Origin: Planctomycetota bacterium
GTDB taxonomy: Bacteria; Pseudomonadota; Gammaproteobacteria; Eutrophobiales; Eutrophobiaceae
Reading direction: 5' to 3'
NCBI GenBank assembly: GCA_047638675.1
Contig: JBLIML010000005.1
Span: 1-53,145 of the forward strand
DNA length: 53,145 nt
How positions within the stretch are numbered: position 1 is the first letter of the stretch; the number at the start of each line of letters is the position of its first letter. Position numbers and translations under genes: made by a program. The notes under the pieces were generated by a model, which saw only the letters and a program-made list of their open reading frames with translations, was not told where the DNA came from and did no database searches. Positions 7,762 through 15,798 of this stretch are shown piece after piece.

Positions 7762-8955
7762 ATGCTTACATCTTCTTCTTATCGATTCGCTTCGTATCAA
7801 CAATTGAGAATCCACCTCATTACTTTGTTGCTAACGCTTTGTTGTCTGTTTGGACCACTATCGGCTCATGCTCAATCGTATGAAGAAGGCAGAAAAGCTT
7901 ATATAGCTGGAAGCTACAAAAAAGCATTCAAAATCCTTGAGCCCCTTGCCCGGGACGGAGATTCCGAAGCGCAGAAGATGCTAGGTATCATGTACGATTA
8001 CGGACATGGCGTAACAGCAAATTCTGAGAAAGCATTAAGTTGGTATTTACTCTCAGCCGAACAAGGTCATCCTGCTGTGCAGTATCAGGTTGGTGCAAAG
8101 TATTTCCGGGGTGACGGCGTCAAGCAAAACTACCAGGAAGCTGCACGCTGGTGGGAAATGGCCGCAAACGCCGGACAGGTGGATGCACAATTTAATCTGG
8201 GTCTGATGTATTTTCGCGGTTTATCAGTTCCTGCCGATGACAGCAGGGCAGCCAGCCTGTTTAGCAGTGCAGCGGAACAGGGACACGGCCATGCCCAATA
8301 CAGCCTGGCAGTTATGTATGCCTTTGGACGCGGTGTAGACAAAGATTATACCAATGCACTGCAATGGTTCCGGAAATCAGCTGAACAGGGAATCGGACAG
8401 GCGCAATTTAATCTTGGGGTATTTTATGAAAGTGGTTACGGGGTTGATAAGGATATTGCTATCGCCCGGAGCTGGTATGAAAAAGCCGCAGCACAGGGCA
8501 CTTTGGAAGCTGAAAATAAACTACGTGAGTTAGACGCCCCTCCTACCCCCACAGAGAGCGTCGCGATTGAGACAGATGCGAGGACGAATGAGATTTCAGA
8601 TGTTGATGTTGCAGCAGAATATGAGATCAGCAATATTGCTGTCGACGGTATCAAGCGTGAGGCCTGGGTGCTTAGTCAGGCTCCGGAACATTACACCTTA
8701 CAGATTGGCAGTGTCACCCGTGAAGATAATATCGTTAAATTTATCGAGCAAAATGGGATAACAAACGAAGCAGCGTATGTTCAGGTAGTCATCAAGGAAG
8801 TAACTCGCTATAACGCTATTTATGGTGTTTATGGGAACTATGCTGAGGCCAATGCGGCAATCGAAAGTCTACCCAAGGGCCTTCTCAAGATTAAGCCATG
8901 GGTAAGAAGCTTTCGTATTGTGCAACAATTGCTGGGTCAGGATGACAATAATTAA
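7762..8955 (+). CDS. Exported Sel1-repeat protein with a C-terminal SPOR (septal peptidoglycan-binding) domain
   Basis: A signal peptide ending PLSAHAQ, then about six Sel1 repeats (A..W...AA.QG...AQ..LG.MY..G.GV..D). The C-terminal HYTLQIGS...RYNAIYGVYGNYAEANAAIESLP is SPOR-like. Confidence 0.8.
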   Translation: MLTSSSYRFASYQQLRIHLITLLLTLCCLFGPLSAHAQSYEEGRKAYIAGSYKKAFKILEPLARDGDSEAQKMLGIMYDYGHGVTANSEKALSWYLLSAEQGHPAVQYQVGAKYFRGDGVKQNYQEAARWWEMAANAGQVDAQFNLGLMYFRGLSVPADDSRAASLFSSAAEQGHGHAQYSLAVMYAFGRGVDKDYTNALQWFRKSAEQGIGQAQFNLGVFYESGYGVDKDIAIARSWYEKAAAQGTLEAENKLRELDAPPTPTESVAIETDARTNEISDVDVAAEYEISNIAVDGIKREAWVLSQAPEHYTLQIGSVTREDNIVKFIEQNGITNEAAYVQVVIKEVTRYNAIYGVYGNYAEANAAIESLPKGLLKIKPWVRSFRIVQQLLGQDDNN

Positions 8956-8970
8956 GGCTATTCACCTTTA

Positions 8971-9699
8971 ATGCCAGCATTCAAAGAAATATTGTCGGCC
9001 ACCGAAGAAGAACTGGTACAGCGTTTCTACAAGTTACGTGACGACCAAACATTGGCCAAAGAAGATAAACTGAATGCGGTCGCAAAGAGGTTCCAGTTAC
9101 GAGGTGTCCAACTCGTTTGTGCCGTGGGTTTTAATCCCAATGCGCCACAATTAACAGAAATTCTACCCATAATGGGTTTTGATTCATTCGATGAACTTGC
9201 CAGACAACGAAACGATATCTTTTCAAGCGATATCTACAAGCATTTAACCTTTGATAACGTAATTGAGATCTACTCTGCAATAAAAACGAATGCTGAGCTT
9301 CTTCAAATTATGCAGTATTTGTTGAGATCCAGACTTAAGAATATTGAAGGGAAGATTGAAGCTACAGTAAATTCCATGATCATCGAAAAATATAAAGGTG
9401 AGATGCGGGCAATTTATTTCGACCGCATAGCCTCCCTTGATTTCGTCGAACAACGACTGGACGATAAGGACAGTGGATTTCGTGCACTTTTGAATGAAGT
9501 GGCTATTATTATTGAAAGCAAACTTATTCCCACTGGAGATATTTTTTTTCGTGACAGCATTTTTCCTGAAGAAAAACGAAAATTGCTAATCAAGGGATTG
9601 ATTCCCATAGATCTGGTAGAATTGCGCCTTAAAGATGAGAGCATATCCAATGAAGAAAGAAAAATTTTGGTGGAACACCTGAAACTGCATCGGAAATAA
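8971..9699 (+). CDS. Hypothetical protein, paralogue A of a tandem pair
   Basis: 242-aa ORF starting 15 nt after the Sel1-SPOR gene. It aligns end to end with the next ORF through shared blocks: F.EIL.A...LV..FYK, QLVC..GFN, DN...IYS, RL.NIE, FF.D...PEEK, IS.EER..L..HL. I recognise no known family. Confidence 0.6.
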   Translation: MPAFKEILSATEEELVQRFYKLRDDQTLAKEDKLNAVAKRFQLRGVQLVCAVGFNPNAPQLTEILPIMGFDSFDELARQRNDIFSSDIYKHLTFDNVIEIYSAIKTNAELLQIMQYLLRSRLKNIEGKIEATVNSMIIEKYKGEMRAIYFDRIASLDFVEQRLDDKDSGFRALLNEVAIIIESKLIPTGDIFFRDSIFPEEKRKLLIKGLIPIDLVELRLKDESISNEERKILVEHLKLHRK

Positions 9700-9717
9700 A
9701 TTCTGGATAACAAAACT

Positions 9718-10431
9718 ATGATCAGTTTCACTGAAATATTAACTGCGTCTGATGCCGATCTTGTAAAAATATTTTACAAGATTAATCCGGATCCCAACGA
9801 TGATTTTATAATTCGTATCAATAAAATTGCGACACAACTGGAGTTGAATCATACCCAACTCGTTTGTTCTCTAGGCTTTAATCTGCATATCCGGGATTTA
9901 TCAGATATTTTTTCTACTCTGGGATTTCGTTCTTACAAACTTTTATCCTATCGCTGCAATGAGCTTTTCAGTACAGATACTTATAACCAGCTCCCCATCG
10001 ATAATATTCTCGATATTTATTCTGAGCGACTGGAAGATGATGAAATTCTGGATTCGCTACGGAGGATACTCCCAACGCGCCTCGAAAATATCGAAGCGAG
10101 CCTTGATAAAGAGGAAGACGCAGGACATATTTTCAGTTATCGAATGGAAGTGCAGTCCATCTATACCGCCGCAGTTGTTGGACAAGAATTTGCCTCGATG
10201 CGTCTTGAAAAAAACATTAGCAAATTTCGCCAAATTTCCGGCGAGATTGACGTTTGCATAGATCTCGGTTTTTTCCCACCCAGTAACCTGTTCTTTCAGG
10301 ATGATTTGTCACCAGAGGAAAAAGTACTGCTCATAGAAAACGGACATATCACCCCTGACATGGTCAAAAATAGATTACAGAATAAGGATATCAGTGCGGA
10401 AGAGCGCGATATGCTTGAGGATCATCTCTAG
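9718..10431 (+). CDS. Hypothetical protein, paralogue B of a tandem pair
   Basis: 237-aa ORF starting 18 nt after paralogue A, with the same blocks as above. A visibly AT-rich gene. Confidence 0.6.
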   Translation: MISFTEILTASDADLVKIFYKINPDPNDDFIIRINKIATQLELNHTQLVCSLGFNLHIRDLSDIFSTLGFRSYKLLSYRCNELFSTDTYNQLPIDNILDIYSERLEDDEILDSLRRILPTRLENIEASLDKEEDAGHIFSYRMEVQSIYTAAVVGQEFASMRLEKNISKFRQISGEIDVCIDLGFFPPSNLFFQDDLSPEEKVLLIENGHITPDMVKNRLQNKDISAEERDMLEDHL

Positions 10432-10447
10432 TTAGTAAGCACGAGGG

Positions 10448-10485
10448 CGTTCCATGACCCTTCGATTTCGCTCAGGGTGACAATA
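10448..10485 (+). repeat. Left copy of a roughly 38-bp imperfect direct repeat (REP-like ttcgctcagggtgaca element)
   Basis: gcgttccatgacccttcgatttcgctcagggtgacaata is repeated at 10787-10826 as ccgttccgagacccttcgacttcgctcaagggtgacaata. Confidence 0.7.
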
Positions 10486-10544
10486 TTCTTGTCATCTCGA
10501 CTGAAACGGACGCCTACAGCGACGTAGGTGGTAGAAACGCGTCG

Positions 10545-10729
10545 GGACACTCACATGGAAGTGAGTGCTAGAGTCGAGTCTGGACACTCACATGGAAGTG
10601 AGTGCTAGAGTCGAGTCTGGACACTCACATGGAAGTGAGTGGTAGAGTCGAGTCTGGACACTCACATGGAAGTGAGTGGTAGAGTCGAGTCTGGACACTC
10701 ACATGGAAGTGAGTGGTAGAGTCGAGTCT
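10545..10729 (+). repeat. Five head-to-tail copies of a 37-bp unit, each forming a 7-bp hairpin with a GGA loop. Candidate GGA-hairpin ncRNA; see findings.
   Basis: The unit is ggacactcacatggaagtgagtg(c/g)tagagtcgagtct, starting at 10545, 10582, 10619, 10656 and 10693. Units 1-2 differ from units 3-5 by a single C/G. The stem is cactcac/gtgagtg and the loop is atggaa. Confidence 0.95.
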
Positions 10730-10786
10730 GGAACAGAGACCGAGCAGAGACCGAACGGCGTTCGAGAGATCTCACAAACCGCGGCT

Positions 10787-10849
10787 CCGTTCCGAGACCC
10801 TTCGACTTCGCTCAAGGGTGACAATACCTATTCGCTCAGGGTGACAAGA
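10787..10849 (+). repeat. Right copy of the direct repeat, plus an extra partial copy (ttcgctcagggtgacaaga)
   Basis: See the left copy. 10827-10849 repeats the ttcgctcagggtgaca core again. Confidence 0.7.
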
Positions 10850-10896
10850 CCCATTCCTCGGGATGACGATACCCAGCGTTGAGAGTAACAATAGCG

Positions 10897-10925
10897 CTCG
10901 CCCATGCGGCGAGATAATTTATTCG
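10897..10925 (+). terminator. Weak candidate intrinsic terminator downstream of the hairpin array
   Basis: ctcgcc (10897-10902), loc catgc loop, ggcgag (10908-10913), followed by ataatttatt. The stem is only 6 bp and the U-tract is interrupted. Confidence 0.3.
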
Positions 10926-11063
10926 GGAAAATCTCCTGTCATTTTCTGCATTATCTCCATTTCCTTAATCTCTTCAACAAGTTAATTTCTGTTTTAACAG
11001 ACAGAAATAAAACAGGCCGGGTACTTAACCTGAACTCGGAATAAGAGAATTCAGTAACTTAGT

Positions 11064-11096
11064 CGTCATTCCCGCTAAAAACATGCGGGAATGACG
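11064..11096. repeat. Minimal REP hairpin of the gtcattcccgc family
   Basis: cgtcattcccgc taaaaacat gcgggaatgacg: a perfect 12-bp stem with a 9-nt loop. Confidence 0.85.
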
Positions 11097-11202
11097 CTAT
11101 TTCTTTGAATTTGTGAAACTAGTTCTTTAACCCGGGTTCAAGTTACTTAAGTGTTGGGAGAAAAAATGTCCTCCCTTGATCATCCACGCCAGGAAATACG
11201 GA

Positions 11203-13707
11203 ATGCTTTACGCTAGAGTCTTAAAAAATCTGAGATCCACTCCACCATCCCGAGTATGGCGGTCTTTTGTGTTTTCCGTGTTAATTGCAAACTCAACCTC
11301 ATTGATGGCGCAGGCAAGTGAAGAAGTTGTCGTCATTGGCGTAACACCCAACCAGGGGGTGGGTCTGGAAAAAGAAAAAATCCCCTATAACATTCAGTCT
11401 GCCACCAGCGAGGACCTCGAACAGGCTCAAAGTCTTGATCTCACCGATTTTCTAAATCGTAATGTCGGCAGTATCAATATCAACGGTGCCGCCAGCAATC
11501 CTTTGCAGCCGGACGTCCAGTTTCGTGGTTACTCAGCCTCGCCATTATTAGGGCTGGCACAGGGCATTGCCGTTTATCAAAATGGAGTGCGTATCAACGA
11601 ACCTCTGGGTGACTCAGTGAACTGGGATCTACTGCCAGAGTCCGCCATTTATAATATTGATCTTATCGGTGGTGCCAACCCGCTATATGGTTTAAATACG
11701 CTCGGTGGCGCTTTGTCTGTGACAATGAAAAATGGTGTTAATAGCGAGGGACACCATCTAAAAGCCTACGGCGGCTCATTCGGAAGGTTGGTACTCTCTG
11801 CGGAAAGTGGTGGTCACAATGACAACTTTAGCTACTACGGGAATGTACATTATTTTGATGAAGATGGCTGGCGTGAACAATCACCCTCTGAGGCAATAAA
11901 TTTTTATGGCAGTGTTGGCTGGCAAGATCAACTGTCCGAACTTAATCTTAATTTCCAGCATGGGAATACGGAGCTCTTTGGCAATGGCCCCCTTCCAGTG
12001 GAATTACTCGCGATTGACCGACGGACCGTTTTTACAGCGCCGGATATCACGGAAAACAAGCTGTACATGTTCAGCCTGGACGGTGCCCATTCTTTTTCTG
12101 ATGATCTGCAGGTCAACGGTAATGTTTTTTATCGTCGCAACAAGACCCACTCTTTTAATGGCGATGGTTCAGAATTTTCTATTTGTAATCTCGGCGCTAC
12201 TGACACCCTGCTTGAAGGGCTTGAAGAAGAGAGTCTTGAGGCTATTGGCATGGATACTGATGATGTTTGCCAAAACCAGTTTACAGACGCAAACGCACTT
12301 GAAAACTTCTTGAATACCGCCGCAACGGCGACAGGAAATAGCGAGCAGTTTAATATCCAGGACCTCAGCGATGAATTATCAGGTAGCGGCGTCTTGTCTG
12401 ATCAAGCCATTAATAATATTAGTGATCGTAATCAGGCCAGCTACGGCACAGATTTACAAATGACATTTATGCAGGATCTGTTTGACCGCAACAATCTATT
12501 CATCGCCGGCCTGGCGTATTTCAAAGGCAAATCAAAATTCCATTCCATACTTGAACTCGCCGGACTCGATCCTCTTAGCCGAAGCACACTTGGCCTGAGT
12601 ACAGGTATTATCGTCGACGAGGCGGCTACCGACATTGAAACGTTTTCCGAAACTATGAGTTTTTACCTCTCTGATACCATCGATATAAACCGACAACTCA
12701 GTCTTACCTTTGCTGGCCGGATAAATAACACGCGAATTAAACTTGCAGACCAGTCCGGCGATCGAGCGGAATTAAATGGTGAACATGATTTTTTTCGCGT
12801 CAATCCTGCTGTTGGGCTTACCTACAAGGCCAATAAAACGATGAGTCTTTATGCCAGTTACAATGAATCATCAAGGGCTCCGACGCCAATCGAACTCAGC
12901 TGTAACGATAGAATATTCAGCGTCGCCATCGCCGCCGCCATCGCCGCTGGCGATGATCCGGATGATGTCAATTTCGAATGTCGTCTACCAAATGCCTTTC
13001 TTGCCGATCCGCCTCTGGAACAGGTTGTCACCCGAAGTGTTGAAGTGGGTGTTCGCGGACAAATTAGAGATACCGACTATCATCTGGGATTTTTCCGCTC
13101 CATCAATAAAAATGACATCTTGTTCCAGACCACAGGGCGTTCCACCGGTCTGTTCGCCAATGTGGATGAAACTCAACGATTGGGAATTGAGACCAGGGCT
13201 AGCGGACATTGGGGCAAACTCGACTGGTTTACGGCCTATAGCTATCTTGAGGCTACCTTTGAGGATACCTTTAAAGTGCTTAGCCCAAACCATCCCCTGG
13301 CAGACGACGATGGTGAAATTGACGTCAAGCCTGGCGATCGTCTTCCCGGTCTACCGAGACACAATTTGAAATTAGGCGCCGACTACTATTTCAATGACAA
13401 CATAAGTATTGGCTTCGATGTGTCGTACCGCTCCGATCAAATTTTACGTGGCGATGAATCCAATCAGGTAGACGAACTGACTGGCTACGCGCTTATGAAC
13501 TTGCGTGGTCGATATCGCATCAATCCACACCTTGAATTTTTTGCCCGTATAAACAATGTTTTCGATAAGGATTACGAAAACTTTGGCCTGCTCGGCGAAG
13601 AGCCCAGCGAAGTGGATGTGCCGCTATTTGAAAACTTCGAAAATCCCAGGTTTGTCGGCCCAGGCGCGCCACGAGCAGGATTTGTGGGCATCAAGCTTAG
13701 TTTATAA
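11203..13707 (+). CDS. TonB-dependent outer-membrane receptor
   Basis: Signal peptide ending SLMAQA, a plug-domain start EEVVVIGV, a long beta-barrel, and a C-terminal ...GFVGIKLSL. I prefer ATG 11203 (aggaa RBS 9 nt upstream) over the TTG at 11176 in the ORF track. Confidence 0.9.
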   Translation: MLYARVLKNLRSTPPSRVWRSFVFSVLIANSTSLMAQASEEVVVIGVTPNQGVGLEKEKIPYNIQSATSEDLEQAQSLDLTDFLNRNVGSININGAASNPLQPDVQFRGYSASPLLGLAQGIAVYQNGVRINEPLGDSVNWDLLPESAIYNIDLIGGANPLYGLNTLGGALSVTMKNGVNSEGHHLKAYGGSFGRLVLSAESGGHNDNFSYYGNVHYFDEDGWREQSPSEAINFYGSVGWQDQLSELNLNFQHGNTELFGNGPLPVELLAIDRRTVFTAPDITENKLYMFSLDGAHSFSDDLQVNGNVFYRRNKTHSFNGDGSEFSICNLGATDTLLEGLEEESLEAIGMDTDDVCQNQFTDANALENFLNTAATATGNSEQFNIQDLSDELSGSGVLSDQAINNISDRNQASYGTDLQMTFMQDLFDRNNLFIAGLAYFKGKSKFHSILELAGLDPLSRSTLGLSTGIIVDEAATDIETFSETMSFYLSDTIDINRQLSLTFAGRINNTRIKLADQSGDRAELNGEHDFFRVNPAVGLTYKANKTMSLYASYNESSRAPTPIELSCNDRIFSVAIAAAIAAGDDPDDVNFECRLPNAFLADPPLEQVVTRSVEVGVRGQIRDTDYHLGFFRSINKNDILFQTTGRSTGLFANVDETQRLGIETRASGHWGKLDWFTAYSYLEATFEDTFKVLSPNHPLADDDGEIDVKPGDRLPGLPRHNLKLGADYYFNDNISIGFDVSYRSDQILRGDESNQVDELTGYALMNLRGRYRINPHLEFFARINNVFDKDYENFGLLGEEPSEVDVPLFENFENPRFVGPGAPRAGFVGIKLSL

Positions 13708-13950
13708 TCTTCTACTTGGCATTGACAAGTTAACGGAAAAATCACCGTTTTGGCTAAGGTTCGTATTCGCGCATAAAAATCAACTTGCTGATTATCATAG
13801 CTATCTATTTTTCAATCTAGTATGAAAAATCAAGAAGTGCCTGGTTTTTAGTTGACCTGTCATTACATGAGATCGCATTGGAAAATAAGGACGGCGGCAC
13901 CAGCTGGCGTAGAACTTGAAAACCGGTGTAAAAAAATATTTATCAGATCC

Positions 13951-13980
13951 ACAAAAAACGCCCCTGAAAGGGGGCGTTCA
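13951..13980 (-). terminator. Intrinsic terminator of the PEP-CTERM gene
   Basis: The minus-strand transcript reads aacgcccc-ctttc-ggggcgtt followed by ttttgt. The stem is 8 bp and GC-rich, 30 nt after the stop at 14011-14013. Confidence 0.8.
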
Positions 13981-14010
13981 AGGAATAACAAAACGACTAG
14001 CTAAATTGGT

Positions 14011-14724
14011 TCAGGCTTTACGCTTCTTAAATCCCAGTCCAGCCAGGCCCAGGCCTAAAAGTGCCAGGGTCACAGGTTCCGGTGCGGAAGTCGTAATATA
14101 TTCATCAAAACGAAGTGAATCGTAGCCCCGACCACCCGCATCAAGATTCTGGATTGCCACCCCTCTGAATGCCATTGTAGATGCGAAAATGAGGTCCCCA
14201 CCCAGTAAAATGCTAATGTCATCTACCAGGGAACCCATGGCGTCTTAGAAAAACAGTCAGGTTGACCCGCCGTTGTTACCAACTATCGTCAAGCCCAATT
14301 CGATGATGTCGTAATAAAATAACAAGGCTACTACTCCCTCACCAATATCATCAATGGTTGTGCCACCTGCGAGTCCGAACACAAAGTCAAAGTCAGTGCC
14401 AAATATTATAGAAGCAACTCCTGTGCTCGCCGCACCACCCGCGTATAACGAAAGTGGACTTGTGGGCAAACCAGAATAAGATTCGAAGCCGGAAACACCT
14501 GGGTCAACGACAGTCAGACCGGCAAAAGTCTCAGCGACGTTTACGCCGTTTCCATCATAAAAAGACGTAGAAGAAGAATTCAAACCACCGAAGTCTTCCA
14601 TAAGTGTCGCCGATGATGTCCCACTGGAGACGGTGATGGGAAGAGAAAGTGCCATCGTGCTCGTCAGAGCAAGAGTCGCGCCCATGGCAACCTTCATAAT
14701 CTTAATTAGAATTTTGTTTTCCAT
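14011..14724 (-). pseudogene. PEP-CTERM-anchored secreted protein interrupted by two in-frame stop codons
   Basis: The upstream ORF (14257-14724) has a signal peptide (MKVAMGATLALTSTMALSLP) and ends at TGA 14257-14259. The downstream ORF (14011-14238) is in the same frame and carries the PEP-CTERM sorting signal PEPVTLALLGLGLAGLGFKKRKA. A second in-frame stop, TAA, lies at 14245-14247. Confidence 0.7.
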
Positions 14725-15094
14725 AAATCTACGGCCTCAGTTAATCCGATATATTTGTTAAATCCATTAGTTTCTGAAGTAATAATAAGCAATTAATGTG
14801 CCAAAGATAATAGTCATCAAAAACAGGTGCTTATATTTTGCCTCGATGCCTTTTGTAAAATATTCCGACAACTTCACAATGTCCCTGACTGCGCCAGAAA
14901 ATAATTATCCGTTTAAATACTAATATTTAGAACGGTACTGAGAAGACTCATCAAAGTGTAAAGAAGTCCGACATCATTTTAGATATTTGAGCAGAAATGA
15001 CGAGCTGAGCCCTGTTATCTTTTAGAAAAACGGTACACACGCTCCCGTAAAGTCACACCAATGCCTAATGACAAGAAAAACATGTTCACCTTAG

Positions 15095-15670
15095 AAGGAC
15101 ATATTATTTCAAACCTCAGACCGTTCCACGGGCCTATTCGTCAATGTGGATAAAACTCAACGTCCGGCTTTAGAGACGACGATCGAAGGGCAATGGGGAA
15201 AAGCTGACTGGTTTGCTGCTTACAGATTGCTTGAAGCATCCTTCGAAGACGACCTTAAAGTGCTAAGTCCTGTTGATATTTTTGCTGATGAAGGGGATTA
15301 AATTCAAGTCAGTGCTGGCGAACGTCTTCCCGGGTTGCCAATATATAATTTGAAAGTTGGTGCGGATTATTGTTTTAATGACAAAAGCAGCCTGGGATTC
15401 GACGTGCTATATAATTCCAATCAAGTTTTACGTGGCGATTCATCCAATCAGGCAGATAAATTCTCCCCTTATGCGGTCATAAACCTATGCGGGCGACATC
15501 GTTTCTATTCACACATGGAATTTTTCGCACGCGTGAATAATGTTTATGACAAAGATTACGAAAACTTCGATCTGCTGAGTGAAGCGCTTTCTCAGGTCGA
15601 TATACGACTTTTTACTGAATTCGAAAACCAGCGATTTGTTGGCCCCGGAGTCCGAGGTTTGTCTTCATGA
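15095..15670 (+). pseudogene. Relic of the C-terminal ~190 aa of a TonB-dependent receptor, paralogous to 11203-13707
   Basis: My own translation gives KDILFQTSDRSTGLFVNVDKTQRPALETTIEGQWGKADWFAAYRLLEASFEDDLKVLSPVDIFADEGD*IQVSAGERLPGLPIYNLKVGADY... It aligns with NDILFQTTGRSTGLFANVDETQRLGIETRASGHWGKLDWFTAYSYLEATFEDTFKVLSP...GDRLPGLPRHNLKLGADY of the intact receptor. There is an in-frame TAA at 15299-15301, no N-terminal 650 aa, and a divergent C-terminal end. Confidence 0.85.
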
Positions 15671-15798
15671 GCATAAGACTGAATTTATAAATTGCTATCA
15701 TCTTCTTCATTTCGTGTCTTGGGTTAGATGATTGATGCATAATGTGCCTGTCATGAAAAAAAATGCTTCCCGTATTTTGCCTTTAGTCCTTATTTAAA

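Noticed and set aside
10432-10544. A GacA/UvrY box (TGTAAG-N6-CTTACA) upstream of the hairpin array
   Set aside because: Only a half-site-like AGTAAGC at about 10436 is present. The partner half reads GCGTTC, not CTTAC. I also saw no convincing -35/-10 pair.
10545-10729. A possible CRISPR array (regular 37-bp repeats with internal dyad symmetry)
   Set aside because: The units abut directly, with no spacers between them. There are only five copies and no cas genes or leader. It is a simple tandem repeat.
10676-10882. A 68-aa ORF across the tandem repeat
   Set aside because: It is composed of translated repeat units and REP sequence, with no RBS.
13916-14125. A 69-aa plus-strand ORF
   Set aside because: It is antisense to the PEP-CTERM C-terminal ORF and spans the terminator hairpin, so it is spurious.
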